Below are positions 27,265-40,818 of a stretch of 64,000 nt of DNA, one piece after another; the first letter of the stretch is position 1, and the number at the start of each line of letters is the position of its first letter. Origin of the DNA: Oopsacas minuta. Taxonomy: Eukaryota; Animalia; Porifera. The position numbers were made by a program, and so were the translations under genes. Location of the stretch: assembly GCA_024704765.1 (NCBI GenBank), contig JAKMXF010000332.1, forward strand, positions 834,792-898,791. The letters run 5' to 3'. A model generated the notes under the pieces. That model was not told where the DNA came from, did not search any database, and saw only the letters and a program-made list of their open reading frames with translations.

Positions 27265-28053
27265 TAATGGAAATATATTCCTTAACCTTCGTTTCTTATA
27301 ATATAATTACATCAGTTTTCTGTTTATATAATGATCCCTTGTTTTCTAAACTCAAATTGTCGTCCTAATTGGATGTAAATCCGAAGGAGCAGAACCCTGC
27401 ATCATTGTAAAGGTTTATGGGCAAGGAGACACCACAGAACAGTCGCTTGTCGAATATTTTAGCAGAGAAATCATCAAGTGTTAGTGGTATAGGCAGACTT
27501 TGTAGGATTCGATTTCATTTTGTATGGTTTGCAAAAGTCACAAGAACATCTCTCCTTTGAGGGTGAAAATATGAAAGTCGCTCTCGTCAGCAAAAGATTC
27601 TTTTGGAAGGGAGTATATAGTAACTATTACTTCCGATAGAATTTTGTTGAATTTCAGTGAGAGAGTATCTATCCGAAATATGTTGTGAGGCCTGAAAATG
27701 GAAGTAATTACCAATCTTACTAATGCATTTGTGTAATCCCATGTCAATGCCAAATATCATTTTGTTGAGAAAAAATTCTCCCTTTAAAGTTATATAAACA
27801 TAATTAATGTATACATTTTTACATAACTAATTAAAGTTGTTAATTACTTTTCGCATTTATAGCCATTTCCTAATCAGTGTTTTCGAGCTACCATATTTTC
27901 TCATCTTCCACGAGCTGATCTACATATTGATCAAAAACTGGAATATCTACAGTCGAAATTGTGAGTTCCTCTTTAGACAAGTTGATATTTCCTATAATCT
28001 AGATATAATATTATTTATACTATTCTAGATATATTTACTCATTTTGATAGCAT

Positions 28054-29378
28054 TTAGGGCGTTCAATAAGTCTTGCAGGTAACATCATAGAACAGGATAC
28101 AAACAGACTAAGTCACTACATTATTTATTCAAAGTAATCCCCCTTCTGCAGATACATAAAGTTTTAACCTTTCCACCCACTTGTAAAACACATTTCGGTA
28201 CTCTTCTTCGGGGATGGATTTGAAGTACTGGTACAGGCCCTTCCGAGTGCTTGTAATGTGTTAAAATCTTTGCCTTGAAGGTAGATTTTAAGGTTGGGGA
28301 ATAGCCAAAAATCACAAGGAGCTAAGTCTGGGGAGTATGGTGGATGGGAAAGTATTTCTAACTCTTCTACATCCAAGAAATTTTTGGTAGCTCAAAGTAT
28401 GGGAACTGGCATTATCAATTATAATCTTCATTCCTCTAGTTCTAGTTTTCGGGCGGTATTTTTCTATATTTTTCTCAAGTTTGGAGGCACTTGCTCAATA
28501 AAGAAAGTAGCAGTAACAGCTTTGCCACTCTCACAAGGTAATTGCAAGACAATTCCATGACTTTTGAAGAAGATCGATGCATAATCTTAGGTTTTCTGAA
28601 GTCTTGGCTAGGAACTTTCGCCGTTTGTTCGTCGCCCCTCACCCATGATAGTTTCTTATACTTGTTATCTGGTGTTGAATAGTACACCCACGTCTCCTCA
28701 CCAGTAATAATATCTGTTATGCGTCTAGAATCGCAGTTCTCAAGAGTTTCCAAGAGTTTGTTGGCAATATTCAGTCGTGTCAACCTTCGATTCTCACTAA
28801 GCTTATGCGGGACCCATTTCCCACAAATTGATCGGTAGCCAAGCTCAGTCATCAGAATTGTATCAATAGCTACAGATGAAATCTCCATACTTTGTTCTAA
28901 CTGATTGACAGTAATGCACTTGTCTTCCATGACTTTACTTTCAATCAGTGCGATATTCTCTGAAGTGTTGGCGGATACCGGTCTCCCAGATAGAGGCAAT
29001 TTAGTGGCATCAGCATCACCAGACCTAAAAGGGGCAGCTCATCGCTCTACAGTAAGTAGATCTGGAGGGGCAATCCAGGGACAATATCTCCTGTAACTCG
29101 CTGAAGATCTGTACGGGTTGGATCTTGTGTTTTGTGCGAAACTCTATGTAAGTTCGCCATTTGAGGTAGAAATTATCATCCTTTGAAGCCATAAATTGAA
29201 CAGTAGTTATGAATTACATCGCGTAATTATCTCTAAAATCATAATTTATATTGAATGAGCTTGAAACTTTCAGTATATGGAGTTAACTATATGTGCTTAT
29301 AATATATCAAAGTTAAATATATTACTTGATTAATTCCTAAGATATACCATGACCAGCAAGATTTATTGAATGCCCTGA
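28054..29378 (-). mobile_element. Second copy of the 15379-16709 mariner, inverted (transposase 28125-29192)
   Basis: Same TIR sequence. The C-terminal ORFs are near-identical, including the off-frame peptides. Confidence 0.9.
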
Positions 29379-30544
29379 TATATACCTACAATACTCCTTT
29401 TACATTCCAAACTTGGTTCAGTTAAAGACAGCTCCTCGGACATCATGATCTTTTCTTGTGACTCATTGAGTTTATTGATTCCATTGATAAAAGTTGTTAT
29501 CCCGCTGGTCTATCTTTCTCTTCTTTCCTTTTGAATGTATTTTGAGTGAAGTAACTTTACTTTTAGCCATGCACACAAAGTAATATAGCTATTTAGAAAT
29601 TGTAAATAACGTGATAAATCGTTTTAGTACAAACTAATCAAGCAAATATATAGTTGGTCAACAACAAGAAGCTTGATTAGGGCAATAGCTATGCCATTTT
29701 GATACTGTATTGACTTTCAATAAACCTTGATCCAAACAAGCATTCATAAGTGAGTACCAATTACGCATGCTTAAAGTAGCAAATAGGCAAACTTAAAACG
29801 CAATTAATATATATATATATATATTTTTTATATATATATTGATACATTATTTCGCCTCAGTTGGCCTATTCGTCTAAAAACAAATGTCGCTTACTACTAA
29901 TTACGTTATCCATCCTGTATTGATTACTCATGAACAATTTCAATGAAATCCATGGAGATGCAGTAGTAGCAAAATATGGTTTTGTAATTATGCTGGGCCT
30001 TTTGTCAGGTTTTGTACAATTTTGATTAAAAATGTGGTTCGACCGCGTCTGGATATTTGAATTGAGTAGTTTGGGGGTGGGTTTATGTCGGTGAATACCA
30101 TTATTCGATAATCAATCTTGTACAATTCAGGGAAAATTAGCGAAATGGTTGCTATCGCAGCCGGTATGATACCTATCAACGATTCAGGCGATTTTTACTA
30201 ATATAATCTAAATTTTACAAGATTAGTCATTAAAATATTTTCAAAACCGAGATAAAACCACCCCAAATTACACAATTCAAATTTTCATATCTCTACGCTC
30301 CAGCCATGATGGCCTTCATTTTTCACCAATGGGTAGAAAATCGGACACATTGGAAAGAAGTCTTGCACCACCACAAATAATATTACGTTACCAATAAATC
30401 ATTTTGTATTCCATTCTAATTTGTCTTGGTGATCAATATCGCATATGTAGCATAAAAAAGTATCAAGCGAATAAATTTTTCAAAGAAATGGGGCAACTGA
30501 TGCACCCAAATACATATAGATGTTTGTATGTACGGAATTGATCA

Positions 30545-30620
30545 GGGCTGAATTTGGCATACATGGGTATTTTGGACCTGACTCGTACATGTTCAAATCT
30601 GGAGGAAAATTCACAACTAC
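30545..30620. repeat. Dispersed repeat; inverted homolog at ~63020-63100
   Basis: ggcatacatgggtatttt...aaattcacaactac matches the reverse complement of ataggtgtgaattt...aaaatacccatgtatgcc. Confidence 0.55.
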
Positions 30621-31949
30621 AGTTGGAGCCGCTTAATCGGAACAGCTCGGGAGGTCAAAATTTGTCCCGAAAAACCGATTTTGACATATTTAAGTATTCA
30701 AAACTAGTTTTCATAGTCTCAGATTAACACCAGAAATAAGATATTACACTACCACTAAATCCTTATCAATATATGGAGTGAGCAAATTCAATATAATCTT
30801 GGTGTGTAAATTGTAATCGAATCGGTGTTGTATTGTTATGGTTGTAGAATATTAAAATTCCCAGTTTTAAAACAAACCACATTGCAATGATTCTGAATAA
30901 ATATACAATCGGTTAATTGAGATGAAATCCCAATTAACATTTGCTTTTATTATAAATTTAGCTATTTGTAATTATAATTCTTATTCAATGGCCGAGGATA
31001 CAGTTGGAACACTCATTCATGTACCGAAATCAAAAAGAGACGAAGGACAGCATAATTTGAATAAACACATATTTCAGAGCTCAGATAAGCTCCCAAACTT
31101 TATAGCAACAAGCTATCCTTGAGCCACCAACAAGAATTGAAATTCATCCAAATTAGGTAATTCTCTTGTAAGACAACACTACGATAATTGGAGTTCAGCT
31201 TTCCTACACTCAATTCATTATACTTGAACACTGTAAATAATAACCATAATTCTGATGTGTGAGTTTGATCAAGGAATAACTTCAACAATCCAAATTTCAA
31301 CCTCGGAGCAATACACTTCCCTATTAATTGTAGAAACTTAGAGGTGGATATTCATTCAACTTAGTACTATTATCCGAATTTGAATGAATATAATAGGTAC
31401 ATTTTATTCTTGTAGGTTTAAAGAATTGTGTTCTAGTCTAATTAGTGGTGTAAGCGTGTTTTGGTGATCCAAGGATCCCTTAAACGTTCTTACGGTAGAA
31501 TGTAACATGGGTAAAGTTATTATTTTATATTTAGGAATTTCGAATTGACAATAATCAATCTCATTGTTTCTATAATATAGAAATGAAGTGGTCCTGTGAC
31601 CTGTTTGTGCAAATGTTGGAAATCATCTACTTTGGAATCTTCCCTAAACGAAGGTGTTTACGAAGCACCAGCAGCAGTCGAGCAAAGGACATCAAATATC
31701 TAACGATATCAACTCTCCGTATACTTGTATCTTCTGACAATGATTGGTGTTTATCAAGATCAATAAAAGTGTAAGAATCTGAATCCACCCATTAATCTTA
31801 TTCCTGTCATGAAAGAGAATTTTGTGAATATGGGTATAGGTATATTAAGAAAGTAAACACATTGGAAAGGGATTACTCTCTGTGCGGCTAAGACAGTTGT
31901 TCAACTTCCTTAGTATAAAGGTGGATTCTGCAAGTATTTTTCATGATAT

Positions 31950-33150
31950 AATGAATGGTATATGTGTGCATATCTATGTATTTAAAATATCTATCTTCTT
32001 GTTTGTTCTATACGCGATGGTCCCTGTACTTGCAAGGCATTTTTGAGAGAAATTCCTTACTCTTGCGGAATTTGAACGATCGATATTTCCTACATTATGA
32101 TCTACTATACAAGTATAGTGAAATTATGATTTCTTCCCGAAACCATCTAAATAGATATTTAAAGTAAGACCTCAATTGTATTACAATTAATAGAACGCCC
32201 ATAGGTGTAGATATTTTCTGCCACGGATAAGACTTATATATTTCCATAATCTAACCAAATTTTTGAGCGAAAGATAAGGTCTTAGAAAGGCTAGGAAACA
32301 AAACATTATCGGTACAATATTCTTATATACGATTGGAAAGCCTACTTGATGATGATTGATCTAGATTATAGTTTGTGCTTTACTTGCCCTATTTGTAAAG
32401 ATAATCCAAAAATCTTTGTGCTAGGTGGCATAACACTGGGAATTCGAAATATGTTCATGAAACTTCTATCACTATTGACTTCACCCAAAAATCCACTCTT
32501 GTCCCTACTCACGTTAGGGTATTCATTTTAACTCTACGAAAAGAAATGGTTGAAGGAGTATTGTTCGACTAGATTAATTGTGACCAGTTTTAGCGCAATT
32601 CATAAAGGTATCAATTGTAAAGAGTTTACGGATTATCTTTTTTACAACAGTGTAGAATTTGATGGGAAAAAAGAACAATTCATAAGGACCTCCACCGAGT
32701 AAATGTGGTAATAAATTTCTCAGACTTGTTAGCTACTATGTTTGCAGGTTTAGATCTTGCAATAGTGATGTGTTATTCGGAGTAGCGGACACTCCCTCTT
32801 ACTGGGACACCTTGGCCAAATCCCCGAGACGTCCCGGTAAGCGGAAGGGTACTGCAGTTAAATCTTTTGCAAGGTTTGTTCTCTTTCTACTCCTCGAGAA
32901 CCAATAAAGAGATACGCATCAGATTCATTTGTACAAGCTAATGCATCCCATACAATTCATTATTCGTATTAATTAATTCTTTATAAGGAATATTCACTAT
33001 AACTGATAGTTTGCTTCCCAGGTATGCACTACAGCAATCCTCTGTCATGTCACTTGTTTGAACCTAGCTAGTGTACTTTCTAGAATTGTCTAGCATTACC
33101 CTTGGTTATATTTGGCATATTGTGCTGATTATCCAACTGGAAAAAGTAAG
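31950..33150 (+). pseudogene. Second degenerate CxC/KDZ-like transposase remnant
   Basis: LNDRYFLHYDLLYKYSEIMISSRN and IDLDYSLCFTCPICKDNPKIFVLGGITLG align with LNINKCFVHYSLLYDYSELMTMSRN and IDYDSNYICTKCKNHPDVIILDGIAMG at 206-610. Confidence 0.5.
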
Positions 33151-33620
33151 TATGTATAGATCTTTATATTCACCTCTTTAGAATACACTTACTCCCAGCT
33201 GCCAAATACCTACAAAGTTTATCATATAACAGTCAAAGGGAAAATAATATACAAATAGAATCATTGATTATGACAACTTTACACCTCATTTACTAAGATA
33301 TATTAATTAGAGGAACTTTAATGTCACCAATATTATTACTCAGAATGTTTAATTCGATACTAAGCTAAAACGTACTACAAATTAGATAAAAATTATAAAT
33401 CTCTTTCATAGTAGTTGATTTTCAAATATGAATTCAAAGAATGGATCATTCTGGATATGGAGTTGTAGGGGCAGTTGGAATCATGATAACAGGATTTGTC
33501 CATTGCAGCATATATGGTCTAGCTGTGCCATATATGGGGCTAAGAATGGTCCGGCGGACAAAATATACAGGTTAGCCGTAGTACATGAATGATGTTTTTG
33601 TTGTGGGATCCTAATATGAA

Positions 33621-34154
33621 CAGTGGCGTACGAAGGTGGGGTGCGGTCCGCCTCGGGTGCCACTTAAATGGGGGGGGTCAACCTTGAATGAGAGGGATAA
33701 AATATGTTATATATTTTTGATATCCAAGATGTAGTTACTGCTTTCCTATACATACCCGCTGAACTATAAAACGTTTCTCTAGCAAAATACATTTATCATG
33801 CCTACCTATATAAACCGAGACTTTATACACTATTAAAACTGCTAAATATAATCCAAATATCATCTATATTATTTGAACTAATGTACTGTTAAATACTACT
33901 TTATTATTTTTCGATTTATTCTTTATAGGTATTTTGTTCTATTGATTGTGGAAGATACTGTAAATGCTTAAGAATTGTGGTATCGTGTTTTTACTTTAGA
34001 TAATTTAGTTAACATTCAAAAGATATTTTGGAACATATACATCTCACATATATGTATAATATACGTACTTAGCTATATATTGTATAAAATACAGAAAATG
34101 GGGTGCCAAATTAAGATTCCGTCCCGGGCACCAAAGGTGCTTGGTACGCCACTG
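33621..34154. mobile_element. hAT MITE (534 bp), 8-bp TSD aatatgaa
   Basis: Perfect 11-bp TIR cagtggcgtac. aatatgaa lies at 33613-33620 and 34155-34162. Confidence 0.88.
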
Positions 34155-34663
34155 AATATGAAAATTCGAATCGAAATCTCTTTATGGATCACATAAGGGA
34201 ATCGCCCCATGGATCTCCACAATGTGATGCTCATGTAGATAATCTTATGGGGACCCCACACAAATTCTGTGGGTATAGAATGGGTATGGGGATTGAAATT
34301 TTTCCCTAAGGCAACCGTGCAAACATAGCGTGATAGGTGTGTTAGGGACTAATTATTAAATTAATACGCAATACCACTACACCAGACAAAGGCGATAAGC
34401 CAATGACCAAATCTTTATGAAATATTATTCAATCGACTAATTTATTTAGCCTTGTGCTCATATTTAACTATTGGAATTCGCCGCTGACTTCACACTGGCC
34501 TAAAATTCCAAACAAATAGGCTTCTATTTTAATCCGGAAAAATATGTTCTGAAACTTAGGCATTAACATTTTCCTGAACCGTTCCGCCGAATTCCGTAAT
34601 GAAGGTAAGTCAGATTTCCCCGAATCGTAATGTTCCATTCCATAAAATTCTGGTAACTAATCA

Positions 34664-36767
34664 CACAGGTCAACAAAAAATATTTCTATCTCTTGGCTCA
34701 GATTGTTAGAGTGTTTTTAGAGTATATTGGGGTTGCTGTATCCAAAATACTATTAGTTTTGCTGAATTGGCTCTAGATATTACACAACCTTGAATTTTAA
34801 GGTAATACTACAAATATTTTCGGTTTGTATGTTTATATCAACATTTACAACTATTTGTTCACAATATAGAACCTTTTATGGATTCAAAACGCATTAGGCG
34901 TTGTTACTTCAATGATCCTAAAGTCTTCTGATATATTTGTGGTGAATATATGGCAAAAGAATATCGTTTTAATATTAGAGATGTCACCGAAATAGCTTAT
35001 CAGGCTTGCTTTGGTACTAAATTAAGCGAGCAGGATAAGTTAAGGAGCCCTCACAAAGTGTGCAAATATTGCACAGAAACCCTCCGCCTATGGACCCAAG
35101 GAAAAGCCAAATCCATGAAGGTTGGGGTACCAATGGTTGGGCGAGAGTCCAAGAACCATCACGATGACTCCTACTTCTGCATTGTTAAAATGTCTGGATG
35201 GAACCGGCAGAAAAAGAATTCATGGCATTATCCTGACATACATTCTGCAAGACGCCCAATTCGACCTGCAGCGAAATTCAGGTGCCTGCTTTTACGTCCT
35301 TACCTGATACTGCGTTTACTGAGGCAATTGATGAATCGTCAGACAGCACTTACAGCAGCAATAGCTGTAATGAGTTGTTACAGATAAGTAAAGCGGACCC
35401 TTTTACACAGGGGCAGCTCAACGACTTAGTGAGAGACTTAGGCTCGTCAAAGATGCTTCAGAGATCCTGGATTCCCACCTCAGTGAACACCATGTTCTCC
35501 ACAGTGAAGCTAAGATAACTTATTACCGACGCAGAGACGCGGTTTCATGTTTGTAATAACATCCCAGGACTTCTCTCAGCAATGGGACTGTCTCAATACA
35601 ATCCAAATGAGTGGCGTTTATTTATCGACAGCTCTAAACGGAGTCTAAAGTGCGTGTTGTTGCATAATGGTAACAAATTTGCTTGTGTTCCGATCGGCCA
35701 TTCAACAATCTTAAAAGAGCACTATGCAACTGTAAAGATGGTCCTACAAAAGCTGTGTTATGATAAACATAACTGGATCGCGTGTGTGGACTTGAAAATG
35801 GTCAATATCCTGTTAGGACAGCAAAGTAGTTACACTAAATACCCATGCTTTCTTTGTTGTGGGACAGCAGAGCGGATGAGGTGCACTGGGAAAAGAAGAA
35901 CTGGTCAGTTCGTCAAAAGATTGGGGTGGGGGCAAAGAATATCATTAACGAGCCACTAGTTAGCCGAGACCGTATCATCCTACCACCACTACATATCAAG
36001 TTGGGACTGATGAAACAATTCGTAAAGGCATTGAACAAAGATGGTACCTGTTTCAACTACCTCTGCTCAGTATATCGTGGTCTGAGTATCGAAAAACTTA
36101 AGGCAGGAATTTTTGATGGGCCACAAATTAGAAAACTGATAAAAGATGAAGAATTCGCCTCACACATGACTGGAGTTGAGGCTGCCGCGTGGTATTCCTT
36201 TGTCGATGTTGTGAAGGGATTCTTAGGCAACACAAAAGTGGCTAACTACCAGAATCTGGTCGAAGGCATGCTCAAGAACTTCCACAGTCTGGGAACCAGA
36301 ATGAGCCTAAAACTTCACTATCTCTACAGCCATTTAGAGAGATTCCCTGAAAATCTTGGTGATTTAGGCGAACAGGGCGAGCGATTCCACCAAGACATCA
36401 GGACTATGGAGGAGCGGCACCAAGGAAGTGGCAGATTACTGCTGGAGCCTTATGCGTGATTGCCCCCAAGAACCTCACAAGAGGAATTCGTATAAGAGAA
36501 CATTCATTCATGATTGATAAGTATTCAGATCATATTATATCTCAAATTATCTGCTTATTACGTAAGTTCAATTCTAGTTATAATGTAATACATACATACT
36601 ATATGGTATCAGTGAACACAGATTCACGGATGCTGAAAACATAATTTTGCAATCTCACGAAAGTAGAGCCAATTGACCAGAACAAGTGCCATTTTCGAAC
36701 TCAGTTACCCCGATATACCCTAGAAATAGCCTCAAATTAGCATCAAAGAAAACGTTGTTGGCCAGTG
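34664..36767 (+). mobile_element. Chapaev3-type transposon, defective (transposase ~34878-36515)
   Basis: Termini cacaggtcaacaa / ttgttggccagtg, flanks tca and tta. Motifs WRLFIDSSKRSLK, LPPLHIKLGLMKQFVKAL and EQGERFHQDI. Confidence 0.8.
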
Positions 36768-37666
36768 TTATGCCCGCTTGTTTGTCAATTTTAAAGAGTG
36801 CCATTGGCTCATCCCAGGGCCAGGGTAGCCACCTTGCACCGATTTAACTATTCATAAATTAAACTCACGGAAAGTTTGTGAGGAATTCCAAGATGGTATG
36901 ACCCATATAGACAACTCTAATCCAAGGCTCCTTACCAACCTTCACTCCTAATAGTGTAGTAAATGCACACATACAGAATGTAGTATATGCGGCACACTCG
37001 ACTTTCACTATATGCACAATAGATAATATTCAAAACTAATCCAATATAAATTTTTTAGGTATTAACCATGATGGACTTGAGCAGTTTTAGTAATATAATA
37101 TGTTTACAGAGAATATTGGGGAATTTTAGAGAGAAATCTATTTTGAAAATCGTCTCATTCCAGTTCACCAACAGAGATAAGTGTTTTGATACCTCAAGTT
37201 TATGAGCTATATTATTTCAAACCTGAATGAGTCAGAATTGCCTTTAAGGACGGCTGGCCAGCATGGAGAGTAATAAAAGTTTATTTTCTATACACTTAAG
37301 ACATTAGCCTACGCCTATACTATCCTAGTACTTTACTGGTGAACGGTAGAGGCGTCGAGCCGGCACAATTGCAATATTTTATTGACGGTCAAGTTTTATG
37401 AGTTTGCTACGATCGGAAGTCCGACATTTCGTTACACGACATTTCGCTACTTATTTGATTGGTCAATTTTAATTATTATTTTAAATCAAATTTTAAAGTA
37501 GTTTAACGGTTTGAAGAATAAATAAAGTACTCAGATATCAATATACAATTCTAAGTAGAGTTAAATAATACTCATAAATTGTTTTTGAATAAGGATTCGA
37601 TAATAATATAGGAATTTCAATGTATCAACTGTGAATTTCTAAGGTCAAACTTGTATAGTTTCCCTG

Positions 37667-37815
37667 ATAGGGTAAAATGCTCTGACTAAGATGAAAGTTA
37701 TTTTAGGATTCGTATATATGGTTCATCATGAGCAATATATTACTGCTCATGATGAAACATATCTACGAATCCTAAAATAACTTTCATCTATCTTAGTCAG
37801 AGCATTTTACTCTAT
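37667..37815. repeat. 149-bp near-perfect palindrome (MITE-like hairpin)
   Basis: Arms of ~68-72 bp with 3 mismatches, one 4-bp indel and a ~9-nt loop. Confidence 0.75.
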
Positions 37816-38116
37816 TTTCGAAATTACAAACGACAGCAATATTTTCTTGGAATTCAAGGTCGCTTCGCTTACCATGAACTAGTGGGGCGACCAATTGCTG
37901 GAGGCAAGCGTGAAAACGCCTTTTGGTGTTCACAGTACTTCTATAGACCGTCATAACATAAGCGCCAACCTTCCGGATATATTCGAAAAGTATTTATCTT
38001 GTATACATGACATACCGTATACGAAACACACCTAAGTTTTGCTGATACATATATCACGAAAACTTTGATCCTGCTCGACCGTTCAAGACGCGATTAATTA
38101 GTTCAAGTGTATAAAG

Positions 38117-38834
38117 CTAGCAAACTACCCGTCGATTTCGACGGAATGTCATGAGCAGTACCTTAGTTAGTTAGGAGTAGGAACAGCTGAAATAACTCAT
38201 CAGAAATTACGCAGAATTTCTAATTGGATGTACATGGCCCAATAGTAACTTAATATAATGTTGGAATATGAATTGGTACGGTCACTGACACTGAGGAACA
38301 CTTGGGATTTTGTATAGGACTATTCATGGTATAATGATATGCTACTATTTCATTGATCTATATTAGTGCTCCATGGGATTATCTACGACTCTGTTTATCG
38401 TCTATATGTTACAGCCTTACAGAGATAAATATACGGAGCAGCTCAGTGTAGCATTTGAGTGTATGTCTTAAACAAGTCTAATCGTGTTACACTGAATTCA
38501 TTAAATACTAGCGCGTTTCGCTTGCTCCCGCTCGCGGTTGCGAACACTTCGTGTCCACAATCGGGCCTACGGCCTTCGAGTACATAAACTTATAATCTCA
38601 ACCTTGGTAAACATTATAGTACTCTTTAAATCTGCTCACTTTCTGTCCCCAAAAGTGAACAATATCTATAAAATGTTGTTTAGATTATCATATTCGATTA
38701 CCAGTACAACGTTGTTTTGTTGTCGTTATTTAGTGTAACGTTTGGTTCTGGACTTACGAACTGAACCTATACATTTTCCATATGGGGGAGCGAGACAGAC
38801 AGACATACACAGACTGAGATTTAATAATACAGAT
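38117..38834. mobile_element. Possible non-autonomous Helitron/Helentron-type element
   Basis: 5' ctagcaaactacccgtcgatttcgacgg hairpin; 3' (acag)n-like tract followed by taataatacagat. Confidence 0.35.
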
Positions 38835-39097
38835 TAGGCCGTGGCTAATATTGACTGGTAATTCACTTCGCTGCATTTTTGGATTTTTGCGGTCTTCTAT
38901 AGTTTAATAAACACAAACTGTACATTACATGCCGCTGGGAAATTAAACAATACATACTAGTAGATAAACATAGATAAAACATAATATAAACACATAATTA
39001 GAGATTGAGTTGGAGGAGTTTGTCAGGCAGCTACCACATCTTGACATCTGTCCTTAGTCCTTGGTAGCTGCATTGGAGAGGAGGAGGAGAATTAGAG

Positions 39098-40418
39098 ATG
39101 GGGGGCATGGCAGTGGATTTGAGAGGAAAATGGAAGGCAAGAATTCACACTAAAGATACAGAGATAGTAAAACGCACGAGTGAACATACTCATGCGCCTG
39201 ACGAGCAGGCTGTGAGCTGCTGCGAGACGAAGCTGGGCATCAAGAGGAAAGCACGGGAGTCCCAGGATAGCGCACACCACATAGTGGACGAGAGTTTGCA
39301 GACAGCATCAGAGGCTACTGCTGCTAAACTACCCAAGCTGGACAGCCTGAAGCGGACAATACAACGCCAACGTGCTAGTGGACTTGCAGCGCCAGTACAG
39401 CCTACCACTCTAGCAGAGCTAGCTCTACCAGCAGTCTACCAGCAGATAGCCAAGGGAGAACAGTTCTTACTCTACGACTCTGGTGCAGACGATGTACACA
39501 GATTCCTCATCTTCGGGACACAACACAACCTCGGGATGCTGCAGCGAAGGAAGATCTGACTAGCTGATGGCACCTTCAAGACGGCACCTCCCCTCTTCGC
39601 CCAGGTGTATGTGGTGCATGGACTCCGTGGAGGAGATGATCCTATGAAGACCGGTCATCTGTTACCGAGCGTGTTCGTGCTACTGCCTAACAAGACGGAG
39701 GCTGCCTACCTGAGGATGTGGGAACAGATCCGCCTACTGTGCCCACTTGCCCAGCCTCAACAGATGCTCCTGGACTTTGAGAAGGGCGCGATTACCAGCT
39801 TTGAGCATGTCTGGCCTAACACAGTGGTGAAGTGCTGCTTCTTCCACCTCACTCAGAATATCTGGCGACTCGTGCAGTCTGCCTACACACATGACGAAGA
39901 GTTGGCTATGCGCATCCGGAGGATACCAGCCCTTGCTTTTGCCCGACCAGCAGACGTACCCGATCTGTTTGATCAAGTGGCAATGGACCTCCCCTTACGT
40001 CTGAGATAGGCGAACAAGTCGACTACTTTGAGAGGACGTATATCTGCGCACACTTGCTAGCGGATATCATGTAGCGGCGACGTACCCTATTCACCTGTGG
40101 AACAACCACATCGGCACGCCCTTAGGACTCCCCCGTACAACCAACGCTGTAGAGGCATGGCACCGCAGCTTCAATGCCACTGTCGGCTGCCATCACCCCA
40201 CCATATGGAAGTTCATCTTCTTCCTCAAGCGTGAACAGGGCCTAGTGGAGGTGCGGCATAATAACTACCTCGTTGGCAAGCCACCAACCAAGCTGAAGCG
40301 GTCCTAACAGAATGAGAAAGCGTTGAAGACTCTAGTTCGTGGATATTATTCTACAGATCGTTCTAAAATGGAGTTCTTGCAGGGTGTAGCACATCATTTC
40401 AGTCTGGGAGCCGATTAA
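39098..40418 (+). pseudogene. FLYWCH-MULE transposase, left arm of the palindrome
   Basis: KARIHT..H-x-H FLYWCH tail; RRKI*LADGTFKTAP; LLDFEKG; KCCFFHLTQ; PRTTNAVEAWH. Confidence 0.85.
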
Positions 40419-40818
40419 TTTGTTAATCTAAGGTATTATCTCTAATCAATGTATTTGAGGGCTAGATAATACTTTGATTAACATATTACTCGGCTCCCAG
40501 ACTGAAATGATGTGCTACACCCTGCAAGAACTCCATTTTAGAACGATCTGTAGAATAATATCCACGAACTAGAGTCTTCAACGCTTTCTCATTCTGTTAG
40601 GACCGCTTCAGCTTGGTTGGTGGCTTGCCAACGAGGTAGTTATTATGCCGCACCTCCACTAGGCCCTGTTCACGCTTGAGGAAGAAGATGAACTTCCATA
40701 TGGTGGGGTGATGGCAGCCGACAGTGGCATTGAAGCTGTGGTGCCATGCCTCTACAGCGTTGGTTGTACGGGGGAGTCCTAAGCGCGTGCCGATGTGGTT
40801 GTTCCACAGGTGAATAGG

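Noticed and set aside
29807-29840. (AT)n tracts here and at ~54883 and ~63135
   Set aside because: Ordinary microsatellites.
29988-30179. Degenerate Walker-A-like peptide (ISRRGRTTFL) suggesting a Polinton ATPase
   Set aside because: The motif is broken and no polymerase, integrase or capsid sequence is nearby.
30922-31300. Resemblance to a PITP/START-like segment (GQHNLNKHIF..KLPNFI)
   Set aside because: The similarity is short and does not continue in any frame.
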